A program made the position numbers and the translations under genes. This document shows, piece after piece, positions 1 to 7,893 of a stretch of DNA of 64,000 nucleotides; position 1 is the first letter of the stretch; each line of letters starts with the position of its first letter. The DNA lies in contig JAVQSZ010000007.1 of the NCBI GenBank assembly GCA_033581555.1, forward strand, positions 1-64,000, read 5' to 3'. The notes beneath the pieces are model-generated. The model made no database searches. It saw only the letters and a list, made by a program, of their open reading frames with translations, and was not told where the DNA came from. This DNA is from Nitrososphaerota archaeon. Its GTDB lineage: Archaea; Thermoproteota; Nitrososphaeria_A; Caldarchaeales; Calditenuaceae.

Positions 1-862
1 CCTCGATCTTCACCTGCTGAAGGCTTCTTACGAAGTCGATCGTGCTGACCGGTGCAGCGACGTAGAACGGGACGCCGAAGTAGTTCGCCGCGAGGGCGAG
101 GGAGAGCGTCCCTATCTTGTTGATCACGTGGCCAGAGGTCGCGAGGACCCTGTCGGCCCCCACCACCACGAGGTCCACTTCTCCCCTGCTCATCAGGAAC
201 GGCGCCGTGTTGTCGGCGATCACCCTGTGCTCGATCCCTGCGGCCTTCAGCTCGAAGGAGGTCAGCCTCGCTCCCTGGAGCTTCGGCCTCGTCTCGGGGA
301 CGTAGACGAAGACCCTCTTACCCTGTTCGACCGCGGCCCTGATCACGCCGAGGGCCGTGCCGTAACCCACAGTCGCGAGGGCCCCGGCGTTACAGTAGGT
401 CATCACGCGGGCTCCGTCCCTGACGAGCTGGGCTCCGTTCCTCCCGATCGCCCTGTTCACCTCGACGTCCTCCTCGGCCATCCTGTGGGCCTCGTCCAGC
501 ACCGCGTCCGCGATCGACTCGCCGTTCGCTGCGGCCCTCTCCGCCCTCCCCATCACCCTGTCAATGGCCCAGAAGAGGTTGACCGCGGTCGGCCTAGTCG
601 ACCTGAGGACCTCCGCGGCCCTCTGGAGTCTCTCGAGGGCCCTCTGGGGGCTGAGCCTCTTGGTCCCGCGCGCGGCCAGCGCGAGCCCGTACGCCGCAGC
701 CACACCGATCGCCGGAGCTCCCCTCACCGTCATGTCCTTGATCGCCCTCGCGACCTCCCTGTAGTCGCTCACGACGACGTACCTCACTCTGTGCGGGAGG
801 GCCCTCTGGTCCAGGATGTAGAGCTTTGAGCCCTTCCAGTAGAGCGTCCTCAGCTCCCTCAC
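1..862 (-). CDS. mtnA: Methylthioribose-1-phosphate isomerase (eIF-2B family), 3' end outside window
   Basis: Manual translation from GTG at 862: MRELRTLYWKGSKLYILDQRALP...MTVRGAPAIG...RPTAVNLFWA...THCNAGALAT.GYGTALGV..ETRP.LQG. Absent from the ORF track because no stop lies in the window. Confidence 0.92.
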   Translation of the reverse strand, partial: MRELRTLYWKGSKLYILDQRALPHRVRYVVVSDYREVARAIKDMTVRGAPAIGVAAAYGLALAARGTKRLSPQRALERLQRAAEVLRSTRPTAVNLFWAIDRVMGRAERAAANGESIADAVLDEAHRMAEEDVEVNRAIGRNGAQLVRDGARVMTYCNAGALATVGYGTALGVIRAAVEQGKRVFVYVPETRPKLQGARLTSFELKAAGIEHRVIADNTAPFLMSRGEVDLVVVGADRVLATSGHVINKIGTLSLALAANYFGVPFYVAAPVSTIDFVRSLQQVKIE

Positions 863-959
863 GGCAGCCCTTCGACGCCGCCGCGATATCAGCGTTACAG
901 GAGCGGTCGTCGCGGAGCTTGAACGGGTCCTCGGTCCGCCGGACCGCGTTTGGGCCAGT

Positions 960-1958
960 TCAGGGCCTGAGTGATTTCAGGCTCACGCCGTGCTCGTCGA
1001 GGAACTCCTCCAGACCGACCACTCTCCCGTTCCTGATTGAGAGGAGGACCGCGTCTGCGACCGCGACCGAGATCAGGCCGTCCAGGTGGTTCGGGACTGG
1101 CTCCTTCCCCTCCGCGACCGACCTCACGAACGCCTCCAGCTCGGCCCTGAGAGGTTCCGTCTGCTCGACCATCGGCGAGTAGGAGCCCTCGCTCTTCTCT
1201 ATCACCACCTCCCTCGTGAGGAACTCGAGCCTGATCACGCCCTGCGTCCCCGTGATGTACATCTCCCTCTTCTTCCTCGGTGTGAGCCAGTTCGACTCGA
1301 GGACCGCAGACCTCCCGGTGTCGAACCTCAGCGTGACCTGGACGTGGTCCTCCTTCGCGTGAATCAGGGAGCCTCCGACAGCGAAGACGCCCGAAGGCGG
1401 CGAGCCGAAGACGCAGTAGGCCAGGTCTATGTCGTGGATCGTGGTGTCGTGGACCACACCCACGTCGCCTATCCTCTCCGGCCAGGGCCCGATCCTCCTC
1501 CCGTAGATCAGGAGGGGCTCGCCGATCGTCCCCGACCCGATCTCCCTCATCGCCCTGACGACCGCGGGGTTGAAGCGCTCGATGTGCCCAACCATCACCT
1601 TCGTCCCCGAAGACCTCTGGGCCTCGACGACCTCTAGCGCCTCCCGGACGCTCGAGGCCATCGGCTTCTCCACTAGGACGTGCTTCCCCGAGCTCAGGAA
1701 GTCCACGGCGATCCTCGCGTGGGTCGTCGAGGGTGTGCAGACCGTGACCGCGTCGACGTCTCCGTCCCTCAGGAGCTCCCTGTAGTCCGTGAGGTACCTC
1801 TCGACCCTGAACCTCCTCGCGACCTCCTTCGCCCTCACCAGGTCGACGTCGCAGACCGCGGTCACCTCGCAACCCTTGAGCTCGGTCAGCACCCTGACGT
1901 GGTTCCTCCCCCAGAACCCCGCGCCGACGACTGCTACCCTCACCGGTTCCGCTTCCAT
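960..1958 (-). CDS. Gfo/Idh/MocA family NAD-dependent oxidoreductase (possible UDP-sugar 3-dehydrogenase)
   Basis: GAGFWG Rossmann motif, EKPM, GHIERFNP, IHDID. Start placed at ATG 1958 (MEAEPV), about 25 nt from an AT-rich box; the ORF track start is 1970. Confidence 0.88.
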   Translation of the reverse strand: MEAEPVRVAVVGAGFWGRNHVRVLTELKGCEVTAVCDVDLVRAKEVARRFRVERYLTDYRELLRDGDVDAVTVCTPSTTHARIAVDFLSSGKHVLVEKPMASSVREALEVVEAQRSSGTKVMVGHIERFNPAVVRAMREIGSGTIGEPLLIYGRRIGPWPERIGDVGVVHDTTIHDIDLAYCVFGSPPSGVFAVGGSLIHAKEDHVQVTLRFDTGRSAVLESNWLTPRKKREMYITGTQGVIRLEFLTREVVIEKSEGSYSPMVEQTEPLRAELEAFVRSVAEGKEPVPNHLDGLISVAVADAVLLSIRNGRVVGLEEFLDEHGVSLKSLRP

Positions 1959-2135
1959 TCGAGGCCGCATTCGGCCGCATCCGTATTAAGCCGTGACCGC
2001 ACCCTCGAGCGCCGAGGCCAGGCCTACCCAGGCCCATCTACGGTCATCACTCCCGGATTAGGCACGAAATACCCACGCAGACTTCACGGGGAATCCGCAT
2101 AAATACCTCCGGCGGCCAGCAGGTCCGGAGAGGTC

Positions 2136-2747
2136 GTGATCAGGGTCTCTGGCGAGGCCCTCGCGAAGGTGCTCAGGCACGGGCTAAGCCACCCTAGGAG
2201 GGAGGTCGCGGGGCTCCTCGTGGGGAGGGAGAGGAAGGAGGAGCTCCTCGTGACGGACGCGGTGACCGGCCGGCAGAGGGGCTCCGCGGGGCACGTCTCC
2301 CTCGACGACTCGCTGATGGTCACGCTCTCAGAGCTGCTGGAGGGCCAGAGGGGGCACCTCTACATCGTCGGGTGGTACCACACCCACCCCGGGATGGGCG
2401 TCTTCCTGTCCGCGGTCGACTACGCGACCCAGCTGAACTACCAGAGGCTCTACCCGAAGGCCGTCGCCCTGGTCGTGGACCCGTGGGAGTTCGCGAAGTC
2501 CAGCGGCCTCTCGCCCTCGTGCTTCAGGTTCTACAGGGTGCTCGAGGACAGCGGCCTCGTCGTCGAGGTCCCGACGCTCGTCGAGGGCGAGGTGAGGGTC
2601 CCGTCCTTCCTCCGCCAGCAGCCGCCTCAGATGCCGTTCTCTGACGATCCCGCGTACTCCTTCGTGGACCCGGAGGGGCGCGTGGGGAGGGGGTTGCTCT
2701 ATTACATAAACGAGCTCATCAGCAGGATATCCTGGTGGAGGCAGTGA
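2136..2747 (+). CDS. rpn11: JAMM/MPN+ metalloprotease, Rpn11-like deubiquitylase
   Basis: E-x(n)-HTHPGMGVFLSAVD JAMM motif. VGWYHTHPG..FLS.VD..TQ..YQ.L...AVALVVDP closely matches eukaryotic Rpn11/Csn5. Confidence 0.88.
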   Translation: MIRVSGEALAKVLRHGLSHPRREVAGLLVGRERKEELLVTDAVTGRQRGSAGHVSLDDSLMVTLSELLEGQRGHLYIVGWYHTHPGMGVFLSAVDYATQLNYQRLYPKAVALVVDPWEFAKSSGLSPSCFRFYRVLEDSGLVVEVPTLVEGEVRVPSFLRQQPPQMPFSDDPAYSFVDPEGRVGRGLLYYINELISRISWWRQ

Positions 2748-3595
2748 CGTTCGACCAGCGCCGCAGGGTCATCATCAGGAGGCGTCCCCTCGACCAGCCC
2801 CAACAGCAGGACACGTTGGCGCAGTCCCCCGCCGTCCAAGCCCCTCCGTCAGGGTTACAGGAGAGGCAGCCCGTCGGGGAGTTCCCGCAGGTCCAACCGG
2901 TCCCCGAGCAGCCTCGTCAGGGATCGGTGGGCCCCGAGGTCGAGGAGCTGGTCAGAAGGGCAGAGGAGGGCGCGAGGAGGGCTAAGGCGAGGTTCGAGGA
3001 GCTCCTCGCGAGGATGGAGGAGATCAAGACGCTGGACAAGTCGATCCAGCGGGTCTTCGTCGAGAAGTATCCCACGCCGAACCTGGCAGTCGTGAAGAGG
3101 AAGCTGAGCGAGCTCGAGGCCGAGAGGAGCAGGGTCCTCGCGACCGCCGGCGACGTCGAGGCGGTGATCCAGCAGGCCGTCAACGAGATAGACTCGGTGA
3201 TCTCGGAGCTCGAGCAGGTTCTCTTCGACAAGTCCGTCGATCTCGAGTACCTCTATGAGGCGAAGGCTGGGGGCAAGCCTGAGAGTCAGGCCAAGATAGC
3301 CGAGCTCGAGGCCGAGTGCAGCAGGATCAGGGACGAGATAGCCCGGATCATGTCAGCGAGGGGAGAGCTGCTCCAGAGGCTAGAGCTCCTCAAGAACCTC
3401 CCGAACCTGATCTACAAGCTGACGACCTATGCCGACCTCGCCCCGGAGTACCTGAAGAGGCTAAAGGAGTCGAAGCCCCTCGACGAGTCCAAGCTCCAGC
3501 ACGCGATCGCGAGGGTCGTCCAGGACGAGCAGGTCCCGAGGGAGTACGCGATCCTCTACCTGTACAAGAAGCTCATGTCCCAGAAGCAGGCGTGA
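2735..3595 (+). CDS. Hypothetical long coiled-coil protein with Pro/Gln-rich N-terminus
   Basis: 286-aa ORF with genome-typical codon usage and heptad pattern; overlaps both flanking genes. Confidence 0.7.
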   Translation: MEAVTFDQRRRVIIRRRPLDQPQQQDTLAQSPAVQAPPSGLQERQPVGEFPQVQPVPEQPRQGSVGPEVEELVRRAEEGARRAKARFEELLARMEEIKTLDKSIQRVFVEKYPTPNLAVVKRKLSELEAERSRVLATAGDVEAVIQQAVNEIDSVISELEQVLFDKSVDLEYLYEAKAGGKPESQAKIAELEAECSRIRDEIARIMSARGELLQRLELLKNLPNLIYKLTTYADLAPEYLKRLKESKPLDESKLQHAIARVVQDEQVPREYAILYLYKKLMSQKQA

Positions 3596-4758
3596 CGCTC
3601 TCCGACCGCGCCCAGAGGCAGGGGGCCGACGAGTTCGCCTTCGAGCTCCGCTACGACCTCTGGAGGCTCCCGACTTTCGAGCCGAACTTCGCTTACCCCG
3701 TCCACAGGTGGTTCCACTTCAAGGAGGGCTTCTCGAGGGACCTCGTCGAGCTGTTGGCTAAGAGGATGGGCCTGCGAGAGGGCGACGTGGTCCTGGACCC
3801 GTTCGTAGGTTCGGGGACGACGCCGCTCACCTGCATGGAGTTGGGCCTCGGGGCCGTCGGCGTGGACGCCTCGCCGCTGATGGTCCTGATCAGCTTCGCG
3901 AAGACCAGGATGTACGACCCCGAGAGGCTCAGGGCGGAGGCGGAGCGATTGTCCTCGGTCAGGTTGAGGACGCATGACCTCTCCGGCCTCAGCCCGCTCG
4001 TGAGGAGGGCCTTCAGGTCCGAGACGCTCCACCAGCTCCTCTCGCTGAGGGAGGAAGTGGAGGGCATCGGGGACCGCGACGTCAGGGCGTTCTTCACGCT
4101 GGCCCTCATGTCGGCGGCGATGAGGTGCTCCTACGCGGTCAAGGACGGCTCGGTCATCAGAATGGAGAGGCGGCCGGTCCCAGAGCTGCCTAAGGCCTTC
4201 AGGTCCAAGGTCAGACAGATGATCGACGACGTCGAGAGGATCGCCCTGAAGTCAGGGCCCGCGGAGATCTACCTCGGGGACGCGAGGGAGCTGGCCTTCC
4301 TCGGGGACGGGTCGGTGGACGCGGTCATCACCTCGCCGCCCTACCTGAACAAGATCGAGTACACTAAGGTCTACGAGATCGAGATGGAGCTTTTCCTCGG
4401 TGGCCGGAAGCCCGACCTGGTCAGGTCCTACATCGGGCTCTCCCCGAGGCCCGGCAGGGTCCCCCCGGAGGTCGAAGGCCTCCCCGACTCCGCGGTCGCC
4501 TACTTCGTTGACATCGAGCAGTCCCTCTCGGAGGTCCTGAGGGTCCTGAGGAGGGGAGGGAGGGCGGCCTTCGTCGTCTCCGGCGGCGTCTACCCGGGGC
4601 TTGTCGTCGAGGTGGACCTGGTCCTCGCGAGGATCGCGAGGAGGCTAGGCTTCGAGGTGGAGCGGGTGATCGCGCTGGGGAAGAGGGTCGCGACCTACGA
4701 GAGGGTGAAGAAGATCGGCGAGACGAGGGAGAGCGCGGTCCTGCTAAGGAAGGCCTGA
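3592..4758 (+). CDS. Amino (probably N4-cytosine) DNA methyltransferase, alpha-type motif order
   Basis: VLDPFVGSGTT (motif I) precedes ITSPPY (motif IV); HRWFHFKEGFS. GTG start at 3592 overlaps the upstream stop (GTGA). Confidence 0.82.
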   Translation: MTLSDRAQRQGADEFAFELRYDLWRLPTFEPNFAYPVHRWFHFKEGFSRDLVELLAKRMGLREGDVVLDPFVGSGTTPLTCMELGLGAVGVDASPLMVLISFAKTRMYDPERLRAEAERLSSVRLRTHDLSGLSPLVRRAFRSETLHQLLSLREEVEGIGDRDVRAFFTLALMSAAMRCSYAVKDGSVIRMERRPVPELPKAFRSKVRQMIDDVERIALKSGPAEIYLGDARELAFLGDGSVDAVITSPPYLNKIEYTKVYEIEMELFLGGRKPDLVRSYIGLSPRPGRVPPEVEGLPDSAVAYFVDIEQSLSEVLRVLRRGGRAAFVVSGGVYPGLVVEVDLVLARIARRLGFEVERVIALGKRVATYERVKKIGETRESAVLLRKA

Positions 4759-4802
4759 GGTCCAGCTAACTTTCTTATGATGCCCGACCTCTGTGGGCCC
4801 GG

Positions 4803-5483
4803 ATGTCGGTCGCCTTCGGAGGGGGTTACCTGAGGACGAGGCTTGAGCTGCTGAGGCTGAGGAGGTCCCTCAGGACGGCGGAGAGGGTCTACAGGATCCT
4901 CGAGGACAAGAGGGACGTGCTGGTGAGGAGGATCAACGAGCTCATCGACGAGGCCCAGGAGCTGAGGGAGGCGCTCTCCGCGAAGCTCTCCGAGGCCTAC
5001 CAGGACCTGATCGTCGCTTACCTGAAGTCCGGGCCGGGCGCGATCCAGACGATCACCTCCACGCTCCCTGAGACCGTGAGGGTGAAGGTCGGGTCCTATA
5101 CGATGATGGGGATCCAGGTCCCGACGGTAGAGCTGGAGCAGGCCTCCTTCCCGCTTCCCTACGGGTTCCTCGAGACCTCCGCGCACCTCGACGAGGCCTC
5201 CAGGAAGCTGAGGTCGGTCATAGGCGACGTCTGCAGGGCCGCGGCCGTCGAGAACGCGATCTTCAGGATCGCGGAGGAGCTGAAGAGGACCCAGAGGCTC
5301 CTGAACGCCCTCGAGTACGTCATCATGCCGAGGTACAGGAGCGCGATAAAGGAGATCGCCATGTCCCTCGAGGAGTCCGACAGGGACTACTTCGTCAAGC
5401 TCAAGCACATCAAGAGGGTCCTCGAGAGGAGGAAGGCCCCAGAGGCGCGAGCCCGACCTGTTCGGCCCGCATCTGCTTATTAG
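4803..5483 (+). CDS. atpD: A/V-type ATP synthase subunit D
   Basis: TRLELLRLRR..L..KRD, ELKRTQRLLNALEYVIMP, LEE.DR..F.KLK. Confidence 0.92.
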   Translation: MSVAFGGGYLRTRLELLRLRRSLRTAERVYRILEDKRDVLVRRINELIDEAQELREALSAKLSEAYQDLIVAYLKSGPGAIQTITSTLPETVRVKVGSYTMMGIQVPTVELEQASFPLPYGFLETSAHLDEASRKLRSVIGDVCRAAAVENAIFRIAEELKRTQRLLNALEYVIMPRYRSAIKEIAMSLEESDRDYFVKLKHIKRVLERRKAPEARARPVRPASAY

Positions 5484-5505
5484 CCGGGAAACCGAGCTTA
5501 GTCCC

Positions 5506-7785
5506 GTGAGGTATTCCGGTATCCTCGTCGGCTCCCTCGTCGTAGCGTTCCTGATCTCCCTGCTTCCGCCGACCTTCTCTGGCGAGGTCGAGGCCGCGAA
5601 CCCCATGCCGCCGCCGGTGCCGCACAAGTTCAACGCGTTCAGGCTCATCGCGCCTATGCTGACAGGGAGGTCGCCGCTGATCGCGGAGGGCATAGACCCA
5701 GTCACCAGCCTTCCCACCGGCGAAGTCGAGCGGGAGAAGAGGGCCCCTGAGGACGGGGGACAGCAAGGACCGAGGCTCACACCGACGCCCGCACTCCAGG
5801 CGCCCGGAGCGGCAGGAGTCCTGATACCCTTCAGGAGCCCGGCGCCGGCGTTCTCCAGGAACGTCCTGATAACTAGGGACTTCAGCCCCTTCCCCTACCA
5901 GACCGAGCCCCACATCGCGGTCAACCCGAAGAACCCCGACCACATACTCGTGGGCGTGATCGATTACAACTTCCCCAGCGTATCGGCCTACGTCTCGATC
6001 GATGGCGGCGAGACCTGGGAGGGCCCGAAGATCGTCAAGTACCTGGGCAGGGACCTGGCGACCGGAGGAGACCCGGTGGTAGGCTTCGACAGGAACGGCG
6101 TGGCCTACTACGTGATGCTCTCGCTGGGGATCGAGGACGTCAGGGTAGGCCCCTTCGTGATCGAGGAGGTCGTGTCGAGCGCGGCCGTCGCCGTCAGCAC
6201 CGACGGGGGCTTCACCTGGTCGGAGCCCGTCTCGTCGGCGAGGAGCAGGATCTTCCTCCGGAGAGAATACGTCGACGAGCTCGGAAGGCTCAGAGGTCAG
6301 CTGGTGTTCGGGTTCATCGACAAGCCTTGGATGGCCGTCGGGCCCGACAGGGACGACCCGCGGCGGGACGCGGTCTACGTCACGTACACCGAGTTCGCAA
6401 TCGTCTACGACCTGCTCTACGTGGGTGAGCTCGTGTTCCTTGCTAATCCCGTTCTCGAGACCACGATAAAACTCGTGAAGGGCACCAACGAGGGCAGGAC
6501 ATGGAGCGCGCCGATCAGCGTCAGCCCGACCGTGATCAGGTGGTTCGGGCCGGGAGGGCCAAAGAGGGTCCTTCAGGGCTCCAACGTCGCGGTGGCTCCT
6601 GACGGGACCGTCTACGTCGTGTACCTCGACTCCCTCGACGACGGTGAGATGAAAGGGTTGGCGGAGATCAAGCTTGTCAGGAGCACCGACGGCGGAAGGA
6701 CCTGGAGCGGGCCCGTGACGGCCGCGGTCTTCAACGAGATCCCGTTCACGCCGAGGAACGCCAACTTCAGGTACTGGGGCTCCGCGTTCCCGCAGATGGC
6801 CCTCGGCCCCAGGGGCGAGATCTACGTCGTCTTCGTGGGCAGGCCGGGTGACAGGGCACTCGACGACGGCGACGTCTACTTCGTCTCGAGCACCGACGGG
6901 GGCGCGACCTGGTCGAGGCCTTTGAGGCTGAACGACGACGACACCAACAGGCTCCAGTTCTTCCCCGCGATCGCGACCGACCCGAGGGGCGTGATACACG
7001 TGATCTGGGGCGACTTCAGGGACGACCCCAGCGAGACCCGTTACCACATCTACTACACCAGGAGCGAGGACGGCGGTAGGACCTGGGGCTTCCTGATCAG
7101 GGAGATAGGCCAGAGGGTCGTAAACACCAGGGTCACCGACGCCTTCTCCAACCCGAACTTCTGCTTCCCGCGAGGGGCCTTCATAGGCGACTACTTCGCG
7201 ATCAAGGCGACCGAGAACGACGTCTACGCGGTCTGGGCCGACTGCAGGCTCGGTGAGTTCGTGGGCCTGAACCAGAAGATCGGGTTCGCGAGGGTGAGGC
7301 CGATGAGGGCTCCGAGCGTCTTCATCTCGCCGCCGGTCGGAGCGAGCGGTCAGAGCGTCACGATCAGGGGAACCAACTTCCAGCCCGACTCCAACATCTA
7401 CATCGAGGTCTCCGGGTCGGTGATCGCGACCACCAAGTCCGGCCCCGACGGGAGCTTCACGGTCAGGCTCTTCATGCCTGTCACCACCGAGGGCACCCAG
7501 ACGGTCGTCGTCTACGACCAGACGGGGAACTTCGCCTCCGCCTCCTTTTACACGCAGGTCGGCGTCGACACGCTCTGGAAGGGCTTCGAGTCCCTCAGGT
7601 CCCTCACCGGACAGGTTTTCGACTCCCTTAAGCTCCTCAACAGGACGCTCTCCAACCCCAGCGAGCTCAGGGGAGGCAGCTCGGGGAGCGACTGGATGGT
7701 GCCGGTCCTAGTCGTGGTCTCGATAGTCGCTGCCGCCAACACGGCCTTGCTAGTGGCGCTCCTGGTCAGGTCCAGGAGGAGGTGA
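5506..7785 (+). CDS. Membrane-anchored BNR/Asp-box (sialidase-like beta-propeller) protein
   Basis: Signal peptide, six S/T-x-D/E-G-G-x-T-W Asp boxes, Ig-like domain, C-terminal TM followed by RSRRR. Confidence 0.82.
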   Translation: MRYSGILVGSLVVAFLISLLPPTFSGEVEAANPMPPPVPHKFNAFRLIAPMLTGRSPLIAEGIDPVTSLPTGEVEREKRAPEDGGQQGPRLTPTPALQAPGAAGVLIPFRSPAPAFSRNVLITRDFSPFPYQTEPHIAVNPKNPDHILVGVIDYNFPSVSAYVSIDGGETWEGPKIVKYLGRDLATGGDPVVGFDRNGVAYYVMLSLGIEDVRVGPFVIEEVVSSAAVAVSTDGGFTWSEPVSSARSRIFLRREYVDELGRLRGQLVFGFIDKPWMAVGPDRDDPRRDAVYVTYTEFAIVYDLLYVGELVFLANPVLETTIKLVKGTNEGRTWSAPISVSPTVIRWFGPGGPKRVLQGSNVAVAPDGTVYVVYLDSLDDGEMKGLAEIKLVRSTDGGRTWSGPVTAAVFNEIPFTPRNANFRYWGSAFPQMALGPRGEIYVVFVGRPGDRALDDGDVYFVSSTDGGATWSRPLRLNDDDTNRLQFFPAIATDPRGVIHVIWGDFRDDPSETRYHIYYTRSEDGGRTWGFLIREIGQRVVNTRVTDAFSNPNFCFPRGAFIGDYFAIKATENDVYAVWADCRLGEFVGLNQKIGFARVRPMRAPSVFISPPVGASGQSVTIRGTNFQPDSNIYIEVSGSVIATTKSGPDGSFTVRLFMPVTTEGTQTVVVYDQTGNFASASFYTQVGVDTLWKGFESLRSLTGQVFDSLKLLNRTLSNPSELRGGSSGSDWMVPVLVVVSIVAAANTALLVALLVRSRRR

Positions 7786-7893
7786 GCTGACTCGAGGTGC
7801 CTCGCCGTCGCGCTGGCCGTCGCCTTCCTCGCCGTACTCGCGCTGCCCCCGCTGGCGCTCGCGCAGGAGGTCAAGGGTCCCGCGGCCGAGAAG

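Noticed and set aside
7783-7785. TGA as selenocysteine
   Set aside because: Lies in a basic membrane-proximal loop with no redox context; no Sec machinery or SECIS recognised.
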